From NCBI GenBank assembly GCA_965218425.1, contig OZ244621.1:2720001-2784000 (forward strand): DNA of 64,000 nt, written 5' to 3'. Both the position numbers and the translations under genes were made by a program. The notes beneath the pieces were generated by a model that did no database searches, was not told where the DNA came from, and saw only the letters and a program-made list of their open reading frames with translations. The stretch comes from an uncultured Candidatus Binatia bacterium (GTDB lineage Bacteria > Desulfobacterota > Binatia > UBA9968 > CAXXLF01). This document shows, piece by piece, positions 50,762-59,699 of this stretch; position 1 is the first letter of the stretch; every line of letters starts with the position of its first letter.

Positions 50762-52048
50762 AGCGTGAGCCTCCTGTGAACGTTTGAAGTCTTCAGTAAG
50801 GGTTTCGAACTTCTTGCGGGCGTCAAAAGAAAAGAGAGCGAATCCTTTCGGCGTTTTTTCTGTGCGAATGAAAAATTCGGCTGGATGGTTCGAGAACAAT
50901 CCAAGAAAATCTTCCGTCCAATCAAGCTCCCGCAGAAGGTTCAGCAATAATCGCGATTTGAAGAACGGATTTCGGCATGACTGCCTGATGCTTTCGTATC
51001 GGGTCAGCAAGCCATCCCGTGGAATGATTTTATCGGTAGTATGAGTCTTGACGTTATTCCCTTGTTTTTCCAAGGAGAAGAGTTCGATCGCGCTTACACT
51101 GTACTTGACGTTTTCACTTTCCGCCTTTTGCTGCGCAATAAGTGACAGATTGCGGAGGAACTCCAGTCCACCTTCTTCTGGGATATCGATTATGGAAGCC
51201 GCAGGACGGTAACCCCGTAACTGAGGATCAAGCGTAGCCAATGAGGCAGGGAAAACATCACAGAATTCTTCTAAGTCGCTTACCTCCGGGATAGCAAGGA
51301 CATATCCTTTGATCTCATTGTTGCCTTTTCTGTTGATAGTTTCCGGGACAAAAATGTTGAGAGTGAGCGGCCAAAAGTGGAGCAGAAGATTCTGAGTCAC
51401 GACTCCCTTAAACGGGACCTTCTCCGCGTTGGATGCTTGCGCTCCCACAAAGAGTGAACCCGAAATTGTGTCAACGATAGGTTGTGCTTGTTCCTTTTTC
51501 TGCACAGCTTCGCTTAACGCCTTCCATGATGATTTTGCTTCCTGACATTGGTGATGATCTGCTCGTTGCTCGTAAACCTTGCGTGTGGTGGGTTGCGCTC
51601 TTAGGGTTGCCCAAAGCATGTCACGCCAGAGCTTAAGCCAACCCTCTTCAACCCCAGGATAGTGATGCCCCAGGAATGAAGCCTTCGGTTCGATTACATC
51701 GTAGACGTAAATTTTATTTTTCTTAACTTTTCCACTCTTCTCATCTTGGCTCTCCTCCATCTCTTCCCGTTTGGGTGTTTTCCCAGGCCGTTTGGATTTG
51801 AAGCGCCGTTCTACTTGCGCTGCGTCATAAAGGTCATCAAAAACGGTTTGCATCGAATCCTGAGTAAATATTAGCTTCACACCGGTCGCTGAAAGATTGT
51901 TCACCTTCGGTAATGGACCGGCTCCACGTTGTTGAAGAGATTCAATCAAAAGAAGTAAACCGGCGAGACCAGCTTTATGCTGGGCGCTGGGGAGATCGAA
52001 TAGATTGTAGGATAATACAATCTCTTTTATAGGAGTTGCTCTTGTCAT
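50384..52048 (-). CDS. cas8: Cas8, Cmx8/Myxan type large subunit
   Basis: LPSAQHKAGLAGL, KLWRDMLW, NAEKVPF, LLHFW; lies between cas3 and cas7. Confidence 0.9.
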   Translation of the reverse strand: MTRATPIKEIVLSYNLFDLPSAQHKAGLAGLLLLIESLQQRGAGPLPKVNNLSATGVKLIFTQDSMQTVFDDLYDAAQVERRFKSKRPGKTPKREEMEESQDEKSGKVKKNKIYVYDVIEPKASFLGHHYPGVEEGWLKLWRDMLWATLRAQPTTRKVYEQRADHHQCQEAKSSWKALSEAVQKKEQAQPIVDTISGSLFVGAQASNAEKVPFKGVVTQNLLLHFWPLTLNIFVPETINRKGNNEIKGYVLAIPEVSDLEEFCDVFPASLATLDPQLRGYRPAASIIDIPEEGGLEFLRNLSLIAQQKAESENVKYSVSAIELFSLEKQGNNVKTHTTDKIIPRDGLLTRYESIRQSCRNPFFKSRLLLNLLRELDWTEDFLGLFSNHPAEFFIRTEKTPKGFALFSFDARKKFETLTEDFKRSQEAHAMAEDTVKPQSLEKRIYDMMGAYVRQKTEARSKIKWSDFKDKKTPDGKISIPPAYIEARQKICMDAFLAMRSRRDQEFIEYFTGAICSVPQFLPSDDYVFVSQALLEDGGWERIKALSMLALSAHS

Positions 52049-52052
52049 TATT

Positions 52053-54371
52053 TCAGTCCTTCACCCCTACAAGCCGGTCAAGAAAACCATAGGCAGGATG
52101 GTAATGAGTAGCGGGAGCCACTTTCAAAAATCGTCCCAGAGATGAGCATGATTTAGCAAACCGCCTTGGGACCGGCACAACGAATCCATCCGTTGGCTGC
52201 CTATGCTTTACTGCCAAAAGCCAGTCCTGCATATCGATGTCGAGGATGGCGGGCACCGTGAATTCCTCTCCCTCTCGATATGCGTAACTCATCGCATAAC
52301 AACCACTTTCCAAAAAACTGCTGAACCGTTCGGGTTCACGCTGGACGGGCTGATGTTCGGCCATAGTCGCTTCCAAGTATGCTTGAGAGAAGACTTTTCC
52401 ATCAAGTACGTGTATGAAGGATTGAGCGTCGCTGATTTCTTCGGGCTTATAGGGAAGGCCATCTGTCGCTGGATAAACATAGACTTCTCCACATTTCCCA
52501 TCTCCAGGCTTTCCTCTTCTGTTACAACGCCCCATCCTCTGAATGAGAGCAGTAATCGGCGCGTATTCTGAAAGTAAAACATCAGCGTCGAGATCCAGGC
52601 TCATCTCACAAACTTGGGTCGTGACTGCGAGGAAAGGGCCTGTCTCTCCCTGAAATGCGTTGATGACCGACTTATGTTGTGTCCTCCGATCAGTAAGTCT
52701 GAAGCGACTGTGGTAGCACTGGACTATCCCGTCACCGAACTGTTGCCCCATTGAGAGCGCAATATCCTGACATTTCCTAACCTGGTTAGTAACCCACAGC
52801 ACTTTCTTCTTTTCTTGAAGAGCTTGCCGGGCTTTTCTCTCTGCGTCCTCGCGTGAAGTAATATGGAGGCGGTAGCGGGGGTGTTCGGCTCTTTCTTTCA
52901 AGTCGTCGAGATTGTTAAGCGTTTCAGGAAAAAGCTGCAGGCCGCACTCGTCAACTAAGGTGCGCCGCCTCCCCTCTGACAGTGTGGCAGTCATGCACAG
53001 CACAGGGACATCAAACTGTTTGAGAAATGTCGTAAAAGCAGAAAACATCGCTTTGTCAAAACTATGGATCTCATCTACAACGATGACGCTATCGACAAGC
53101 AGAGGCAGTAGGCACAATGGGCCATATTGGTTTTGCATGAAGGCTAAAAACTGGTCTGCTGTCGCACTGAAAAGACGTTTTTGCCAGAATCCTAGTGCGT
53201 AGAGACGTTGTTCCGTAGTGAAATTCTTCTCCGTTCGGGTATCAGCAGGATTTTCAAACATTTCCTCCAGGTCATAGGCTGCTGTACCATGAGCCAGCGC
53301 TGCATCTTCTTCCGGAGCCCAGGCTACATAGTCCCGAAAGCCTTCCGTTGCGGTCGCACGTGTTGGATAAAGAAAGAGCACACGGGTCGCCGGCTTTTTC
53401 TGTAGGCGCGTCGCAATCCAGTTCCAGGCTGCCAGGGTTTTTCCGCTTCCACATGGAGCGAGCAAGAGGGCTCGCTCGCTAAGGGTGCTCGCCTGCTTCT
53501 GGAAATCTTGGAGCTTAAAATTGCTTTCGGTTTTTCTCTCGATCTCCCGAACGCGGGGAAAAATAACTTTGTCACGGATGTCCTGAGCTGAAAGAGGATC
53601 TCCAAATGAAGCTTTTAACCAGCTTTCAAGATCATGACCTTCCCGGACTACGCCTGACCCTGCCGAGTCCGCGGCGAGGAGGGCTGCCTTTACGCTGCAC
53701 AGAAATGAAAGCTGCTGTGGATCTTTACTTATTGCTCTCCCAAAACGATGTGCTTGGTGTTTTGCGGAATTAAGGAGGTCCGTGAGATTGAATAAAGAAG
53801 AGGAGTCTGTCTGGAAACTCCAGAAAAGAGGAATATTGGGTCGAAAGGGGACTGGCAGGCTAAGTGTCTCACCAATAACGTCAAGCAGCTCTGTAAAACC
53901 GCTTTTATCTCCGAGAACGCGGAATGAATCGCTCATCCCTAGCGGTTGACCCCAGCGGTCTGGATCAATCTTTAGGTGGTGAGAGATAACGCTGGATAGC
54001 ACGACATCGAAGTCGAGCAGAGGATTGCAACTAAGCCACCATTTGAAATCCGGCAAACTTAATAAAAGACCGCTCAAATGTTCGTGACGAATGCTTTGGT
54101 CGCCGTTTCGTCTGACAACTTTTTGGAATCCATCATTTGCTTTGCCAAGATCATGGCAGGCTGCGGCTGCTAACGTATTCATGAGAAAACGTTCATAGTC
54201 CTCATTTTTCAGGCGGAAAAAGCGTAGCCATTCCCGAGCGAGACGTGTAGGGGCATTGGCATTGCCGTAAAGCAACTCTACGGATGCCATAATATCCTTT
54301 GTGTGGCACAGCAACGTTTTTGGTTGCCTACCTGGAATTGGACTTTTTGCTAAGATTATTCCTTCCATCAA
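52053..54371 (-). CDS. cas3: Cas3 HD nuclease-helicase
   Basis: CHDLGK, APCGSGKT, DEIH, TAT, QRMGRCNR. Confidence 0.96.
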   Translation of the reverse strand: MMEGIILAKSPIPGRQPKTLLCHTKDIMASVELLYGNANAPTRLAREWLRFFRLKNEDYERFLMNTLAAAACHDLGKANDGFQKVVRRNGDQSIRHEHLSGLLLSLPDFKWWLSCNPLLDFDVVLSSVISHHLKIDPDRWGQPLGMSDSFRVLGDKSGFTELLDVIGETLSLPVPFRPNIPLFWSFQTDSSSLFNLTDLLNSAKHQAHRFGRAISKDPQQLSFLCSVKAALLAADSAGSGVVREGHDLESWLKASFGDPLSAQDIRDKVIFPRVREIERKTESNFKLQDFQKQASTLSERALLLAPCGSGKTLAAWNWIATRLQKKPATRVLFLYPTRATATEGFRDYVAWAPEEDAALAHGTAAYDLEEMFENPADTRTEKNFTTEQRLYALGFWQKRLFSATADQFLAFMQNQYGPLCLLPLLVDSVIVVDEIHSFDKAMFSAFTTFLKQFDVPVLCMTATLSEGRRRTLVDECGLQLFPETLNNLDDLKERAEHPRYRLHITSREDAERKARQALQEKKKVLWVTNQVRKCQDIALSMGQQFGDGIVQCYHSRFRLTDRRTQHKSVINAFQGETGPFLAVTTQVCEMSLDLDADVLLSEYAPITALIQRMGRCNRRGKPGDGKCGEVYVYPATDGLPYKPEEISDAQSFIHVLDGKVFSQAYLEATMAEHQPVQREPERFSSFLESGCYAMSYAYREGEEFTVPAILDIDMQDWLLAVKHRQPTDGFVVPVPRRFAKSCSSLGRFLKVAPATHYHPAYGFLDRLVGVKD

Positions 54372-54953
54372 CTAGCCTCTCCACGGCACGAACACACCAC
54401 AACCCATCCGCCTACGACCACCTAAGCCGTTCTCTTGGAGGGTCAGGGATTCCTCTGCTGTGAGTTGGGTGACGAATAATTCAAATCCAACCACCTGCTT
54501 GTCCTTGACCCGGAAGGTGCGCCGCTGGCCCAAGGTGGCCTCGCACGTAACGTCGAGACTTTGCAACTTGCGCTGTACGGCTTCGAGAAAGTCCGCCTCT
54601 TCAAGAAATCCCTTGATCGTAACCAATCGAGCGCGGAGACGGGCGGCTGGCAGGAGCATACGGACTTCCGGTACACCCACGCTGAGAGGGTGTTCGTCCA
54701 CGTCCAATCTTTTCCCGGCCAGCTTTAGATAAGAACGAATCCGGTCATCTGGAAGGCGCAGTATCAAACGAGAAAAATCCATTAATTGGAGTTTCCCGTT
54801 TCCGTTATACATGCCGCGAATAGGCTGAACGCCAAGGGCTTTTGCCTCGTGTATCTCCGGAACAACCCGGCTCAGCGCCGCGTATAAAGCATAGCCATGG
54901 TCAACGGGAACGGTCGATCCGTTCAGGCGAAAAGCTAGATCAATATGCGGCAT
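54372..54953 (-). CDS. cas6: Cas6, Myxan type
   Basis: MPHIDLAF..G..VPVDHGYALYAA, GLGGRRRMGCG; the ORF-track extension to 55064 comes from repeat C. Confidence 0.93.
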   Translation of the reverse strand: MPHIDLAFRLNGSTVPVDHGYALYAALSRVVPEIHEAKALGVQPIRGMYNGNGKLQLMDFSRLILRLPDDRIRSYLKLAGKRLDVDEHPLSVGVPEVRMLLPAARLRARLVTIKGFLEEADFLEAVQRKLQSLDVTCEATLGQRRTFRVKDKQVVGFELFVTQLTAEESLTLQENGLGGRRRMGCGVFVPWRG

Positions 54954-55038
54954 TGCGATGGAACTGTTGTCAAATTGTGGGTAAAAAGATCCCGGCGGCG
55001 ACTCTGGTTCTTTCGATTTGAACCCCGTCTCAGTATAC

Positions 55039-55189
55039 AAAGAGGTCAAATCTTTTATTGACAAATAAAATCTTCCGGATTTTCCATCCGCCTCACGCTT
55101 TAAGTGAATCCCAAAATCGGCGTCAGGCTTGCCTTCTTGCTATTTGGGTTTCCATCCCTTTCGGATTCCGGCCTGTATTGCACCGATTC
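55039..55189. repeat. Repeat C (+) fused to partial R (-)
   Basis: Same C/R junction (GAATCCCAAAATCGGCGTCA) as at about 38620. Confidence 0.85.
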
Positions 55190-55468
55190 ACGTCACCCCG
55201 GCCGAAAAGGCAATTGTTCCAGTCAGCGCCCATACGGTCGGGGTGGCGTCTTTCGCGTGCGGCTTCGACGACGTATCGAATGACACTGAACTCCGACCAT
55301 CGGTCCGGAACTTCAAGCGTGCCCACACCAAAGTCGGATCACTGTCTTAATGATAAGCCTGTCTCGCGCGAGTTGTGAAATGGAAAGATTTGGGGCTCAG
55401 GGCTAATTCAATTTGGGCAAATGCGGGGGTCGTTGCCGCCGTCGTTGCGGGGGCTCGACGGCGATGCG

Positions 55469-55748
55469 GGGCCGGAGTCATTCTTGCCTTCTTGCTATCC
55501 TGGGTTTCCTTCCCTTTCGGATTCCAGCTTGTACTGTGCCAACTCTCCTCCGCAATGTCCTGTCCATCTGGACGTGGTGTTCTAAGGCATGGATCCGATC
55601 CTTTCTCGTCGATTGCATTTACCTGAGCGTGTCGCTTGTGATAGTCTAACCCGACGTAAAGCATGGGGTCTTCTCCTTTCAGGTTTGACGGCCGCTACAA
55701 CCGCCATCCTGCTGGAGCTTGGCCCCATTTTCATGTAACCTGACGCCG
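55469..55748 (-). mobile_element. Full L+R chimeric MITE
   Basis: Encodes MLYVGLDYHKRHAQVNAIDEKG (IS110 N-terminus-like), then the R segment. Confidence 0.85.
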
Positions 55749-55792
55749 GTTTTTGTTTGTCAATCGTAAGATTCGAAAGGAGACAAAACGGG

Positions 55793-56848
55793 ATGCGATA
55801 CTCCCGCTTATTGATACAAGGCATTCTGATACTGCTGACAATTTGTTCTGTTCAAAACGCGTTTGCCCAGGCAACGAATACTCCTCTTTATGTTGACCTT
55901 AACAAAACATTGGGTTTTATCATAGGACAACGTTTCACGCTAAATCGCATCAAGGCTGAATACCCAGCCTTATCTTTGCGAGTTATTGAGGTAGAACTTA
56001 AATTCAAGCTTTCTTTTGGCACTGCTGAAAAGAATATTCAGAAGGCCCTGAGAGACAACCTCAAGGATCGATATTCTGAATATATCGCATCAATGGAGAA
56101 TCAGATCGAGTCTACTTTGATTTCTCAACAGATAAATCAAAAAATTGCCGTGCATTTTCTTCGTAAGGTAGAGTCCAGAGCAAAGGGGAAAGTACCTTCT
56201 CCGATGCTTGAAACCCTTTTAAGTTATCAGTTTGAGGATAGGCCGGCCCAAGAATTCAATCGAGGATTTAAGGCTGTATATCGGACAAAAGGGCATCCCA
56301 AAGCAAAGGGTTTAGATTTTCAGGTAGAGTATCCGAAAAGCTGGTTATCGCAAGAGGGAAAGAGACCCAACATCATTCAGATTTTCAGTAGCAACAACGG
56401 AAGAGGGCCTGTTTATGCATTGATCATGACACGCGACCTTATGAAAGATGCGCAAGGGGAGCTAACTGGTGAAGAGATTACGGCTCTTAAAACACTTGAA
56501 TGGAGCGAGGAGTTAGCTTCGGAAATCTTTTCGGATGGTAGCCTTCGAGAAATGGCAAAAGGCATTGGTATGGACAATGTCCGAGACATAGTCACCAAAA
56601 GAGTTGTATTGGATGGTTGGCCCGGAGCGATGCTTTCATTAATAGGCGATATGCAGCGCATTGATACTATACTGACGATGTACAACCGGGTGTATATCGC
56701 CATATATAAAAATTACATGCTTTTCTTGCAACTTCAGATTGCGAAGTTGCCAAGTGATACGGAGGGCGCTCTGAAAGCTAGGGTCTCAAAGATTTTACCG
56801 CTTTTTCGCCTTATGGCAAATAGCTTGGTGATACAAAGTCAATATTGA
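55793..56848 (+). CDS. Secreted hypothetical protein (low GC)
   Basis: Signal peptide ending AFA-Q; no family recognised. Confidence 0.7.
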   Translation: MRYSRLLIQGILILLTICSVQNAFAQATNTPLYVDLNKTLGFIIGQRFTLNRIKAEYPALSLRVIEVELKFKLSFGTAEKNIQKALRDNLKDRYSEYIASMENQIESTLISQQINQKIAVHFLRKVESRAKGKVPSPMLETLLSYQFEDRPAQEFNRGFKAVYRTKGHPKAKGLDFQVEYPKSWLSQEGKRPNIIQIFSSNNGRGPVYALIMTRDLMKDAQGELTGEEITALKTLEWSEELASEIFSDGSLREMAKGIGMDNVRDIVTKRVVLDGWPGAMLSLIGDMQRIDTILTMYNRVYIAIYKNYMLFLQLQIAKLPSDTEGALKARVSKILPLFRLMANSLVIQSQY

Positions 56849-56891
56849 GCATCTAACTGGGTGCTCCACCGGACGGCAATTCCACTATGCT

Positions 56892-57250
56892 GGGGCCGGG
56901 GTCATGCTTGCCTTCTTGCTATTCTGGGTTTCCTTCCCTTTCGGATTCCAGCTTGTATCGTGCCAGTTCTCTCTTGGAATGTCCTGTCCGTCTGGACGCG
57001 GTGTTCTAATCAGCGCAACCCACGGCTCATCGCTCCGGCATCACGGCTTGAATATCGGGTAGCCTCCATGAGTCGGCATCCGGCTTCTTCAACCCCTATC
57101 TTCGCCATAATCCGGCGTATCCGACTTATCTCTCTACACGTAGGCGTAGAGTTCGTAGCCGAATCGGGTTGGCAGCCCTTGAAGGATCGCAAGGTAGCGT
57201 TGGCGGTCATCGTCATCGCGGAAGATGAGGCGGCCTTGGTTGGCGCGGCG
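56892..57250 (-). pseudogene. Internally deleted RAYT-like transposase with C-terminal HTH, ending in TGACCCC
   Basis: RANQGRLIFRDDDDRQRYL..L...FGYELYAYV joined to REISRIRR...EATRYSSRDAGAMSRGLR..LEHRVQTD...RQA*. Confidence 0.8.
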
Positions 57251-57567
57251 TGTCTATTTCATCGAGCACTTCAAATAGCAATAAGACATGCTTGACACCA
57301 TCCTCTTGCTGATTTCCGCAGGACCGAGACATTCACTCCCATGCTTGGCTTCGAGCAGTACATCCAGCACGGCTTCCTCTAGGCAAAATTCACCGATCCT
57401 GGCGAACTGTTTGGGTCTGATTCCACTCATGATCGAGCCTCCTTGTTTCTGTTTTCTACCAGTCGGATGGCTTGAAAGGATCTTTCTGATTCGATAGGGA
57501 TAGGATGGGTGTTTCTTACTGTGACCAGTATCCTGGATAATTCCCCAAAATTTGAAGGAGACCGAGT

Positions 57568-58038
57568 ATGACCATACGTAGAGTAGGATTGATCTTTGCC
57601 GTGTTTCTTGCAATGACCGTGCATCCGCAAATGGCCACTGCCGATTCAATGCTTGAATCCGAGAAGCAGAGAGTAGTCAAGCTTGTCGAGGAGGCAGTCA
57701 CGGTGGTGAACGCCAAGGGGAGAGACGCCTTTTCCATCTTTTACAAGAAAGGAACCATGTGGCGTAAAGGCGAAACCTACATTTTTATCGGTAACAGCGA
57801 TGGCGTGATGCTTTTCAATGCGAGCTCGGGAGGAGAGAATATAATCGATCCCCCGGACGCCAGACAGAGACCTCATCGTCAAGCCTTCGTCAAAACGATA
57901 ACAACCAAGGGTTCGGGATGGGTGAAGTATATGTGGCCCAAACCCGGCCAAAAAACACCGGCCAAAAAGATGAGCTATGTAAAGAAAGCGAAGCTGGGAG
58001 ACAAGATCGTATTCGTCGGATCGGGCATCTACTACTAG
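57568..58038 (+). CDS. Secreted single Cache domain protein
   Basis: YIFI...G, GSGWVKYMWPKPG, KMSYV, VGSGIY. Confidence 0.85.
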   Translation: MTIRRVGLIFAVFLAMTVHPQMATADSMLESEKQRVVKLVEEAVTVVNAKGRDAFSIFYKKGTMWRKGETYIFIGNSDGVMLFNASSGGENIIDPPDARQRPHRQAFVKTITTKGSGWVKYMWPKPGQKTPAKKMSYVKKAKLGDKIVFVGSGIYY

Positions 58039-58073
58039 GGATCAGTTGTCCCACCACTAATATGTGGTGTCAG

Positions 58074-58450
58074 CCTTTCCTTTCGGATTCCGGCTTGTAT
58101 CGTGCCGATTCTCTCTTGGAATGTCCTGTCCATTTGGACGCGGTGTTCTAAGCATGGATGCGATCCTTTCTCGTCGATGGCACTTACCTGGGCGTATCGC
58201 TTGCGATGGTCTAACCCGACGTAAAGCATGGGGTCTTCTCCTTTCAGGTTTGATGGCCGCTACAACCACCATCCTGCTGGAGCTTGACCCCTTTTTCATG
58301 TTACCTGACCCCCATGTTGGGTAATTTGGAGTGAAGAGTTACGGTGCGGCGGGCCGGGCGTGCCATGGGATTCACTTAAAGCGTGAGGCGGATAGAAGAT
58401 TTCGGAGGCGGCTGGAAAATCCGGAAGATGTTATTTGTCAACAAATGATT
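58074..58450 (-). mobile_element. L+R MITE (58074-58313) adjacent to repeat C (58333-58450; terminus displaced to about 59694-59706 by IS3)
   Basis: Homology to the other copies. Confidence 0.85.
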
Positions 58451-58512
58451 TGAGGTAGCCCAGGTTTGACGGACACCTAAAAAGGGGACAAGATCCCCGC
58501 AGGAGGTGTTCG

Positions 58513-58803
58513 ATGGGCAAGCGAAGGCGTTTCACCCAAGAGTTTAAGTTGGAAGCTGTTCGACTGCTGGAGGCGGGCGCTCGGCCAGCAGCGGAGATTG
58601 CACGGGAACTGGGAGTACCTCGCAATCGACTGTACAAGTGGCAGGAGCAAGTGACGAGGAAAGGGGCGGCTGCGTTTCCCGGCACAGGTCGAGGTAGAGA
58701 CAACGATGAGGTAGCACGGTTAAGGCGAGAGCTGGAGCGGGTAACGGAACAACGAGATATATTAAAAAAGGCCGCAGCGTACTTTGCCAAGGAGCTCAAG
58801 TAA
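58513..58803 (+). CDS. IS3 OrfA
   Basis: RRFTQEFKLEAV HTH, leucine zipper, ILKKAAAYF. Confidence 0.92.
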   Translation: MGKRRRFTQEFKLEAVRLLEAGARPAAEIARELGVPRNRLYKWQEQVTRKGAAAFPGTGRGRDNDEVARLRRELERVTEQRDILKKAAAYFAKELK

Positions 58804-58844
58804 AGTACGCGTTTATACGAGCTCACAGGACAGAGTTTAGGGTA

Positions 58845-59663
58845 GTGAGGATGTGCGAGGTATTAGAGGTCAGTCGTAGTGGGTACTACGACTGGAGCGG
58901 TGGAGGGGAGTCTCGGCGTAGAGCACAGGATAAGGTTGTGATCAAAGAGATCCGCAAGGTGCACGAGAGCTACAAGGAAGCGTACGGGGCAGTCAAGACA
59001 TGGCTGACGCTGAAGGAGGCGGGGGTGACATGTGGGAAGCATGGGGTGGCGAGGCTGAGGAGTTTAGTGGGGATAGAGACGCGTCGGGTGCAAAGGTTTC
59101 GATTGGCCTACAAGGCTCGTCACAGTGCGCCACCGGCACCGAACTTGTTGCGTCAACGCTTCGAAGCGTCAGGCCCCGACCAGGTATGGATGGCCGATAT
59201 TACCTTCATTGGTACCCGATCTGGGTGGTTATACCTGGCGGTAGTGGTGGACCTTTACTCTCGGCTGGTGGTGGGATGGTCAATGAAGCAACGTCCCACA
59301 CAGGAGTTGGTCAGTGAAGCTTTACTGATGGCTATCGAACAGCGCCAGCCTATGGCGGGGCTGATTCACCATAGCGACCAAGGAATCCAATACGCTAGCA
59401 ATCACTACGTTGAGTTGCTCAAACGCCATGGGGTGGTGCGCAGCATGAGCCGCAAAGGGAATTGCTACGACAATGCAGTGGTCGAGAGTTTGTTCAGCTC
59501 ACTAAAGAATGAACTTGTACACCATCAGGATTATAAGACGAGGCAGGACGCTAGGTCGGATATCTTCGACTACATTGAACTGTTCTACAACCGAAGAAGA
59601 AAGCATGAGTCGTTGGGATACCACACCCCAATGGCATATGACTCGATCAAACGTGTGGCTTAA
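58845..59663 (+). CDS. IS3 OrfB DDE transposase (expressed via -1 frameshift)
   Basis: W.ADIT, HSDQG, GNCYDNAVVES. Confidence 0.92.
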   Translation: MRMCEVLEVSRSGYYDWSGGGESRRRAQDKVVIKEIRKVHESYKEAYGAVKTWLTLKEAGVTCGKHGVARLRSLVGIETRRVQRFRLAYKARHSAPPAPNLLRQRFEASGPDQVWMADITFIGTRSGWLYLAVVVDLYSRLVVGWSMKQRPTQELVSEALLMAIEQRQPMAGLIHHSDQGIQYASNHYVELLKRHGVVRSMSRKGNCYDNAVVESLFSSLKNELVHHQDYKTRQDARSDIFDYIELFYNRRRKHESLGYHTPMAYDSIKRVA

Positions 59664-59699
59664 TTAACTGTCCGTGAAACCCGGGTCGCTTCAATTTGA

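Larger units (their letters stand above)
58451..59693 (+). mobile_element. Intact IS3-family insertion sequence
   Basis: IRL TGAGGTAGCCCAGGTTTGACGGACA; IRR TGTCCGTGAAACCCGGGTCGCTTCA; 3-bp ATT duplication; A6G slippery site at 58764-58770. Confidence 0.93.

Noticed and set aside
54954..55064. Extended Cas6 N-terminus (possible fusion)
   Set aside because: It starts inside repeat C; the similar MSTKDL peptide appears at other C copies.
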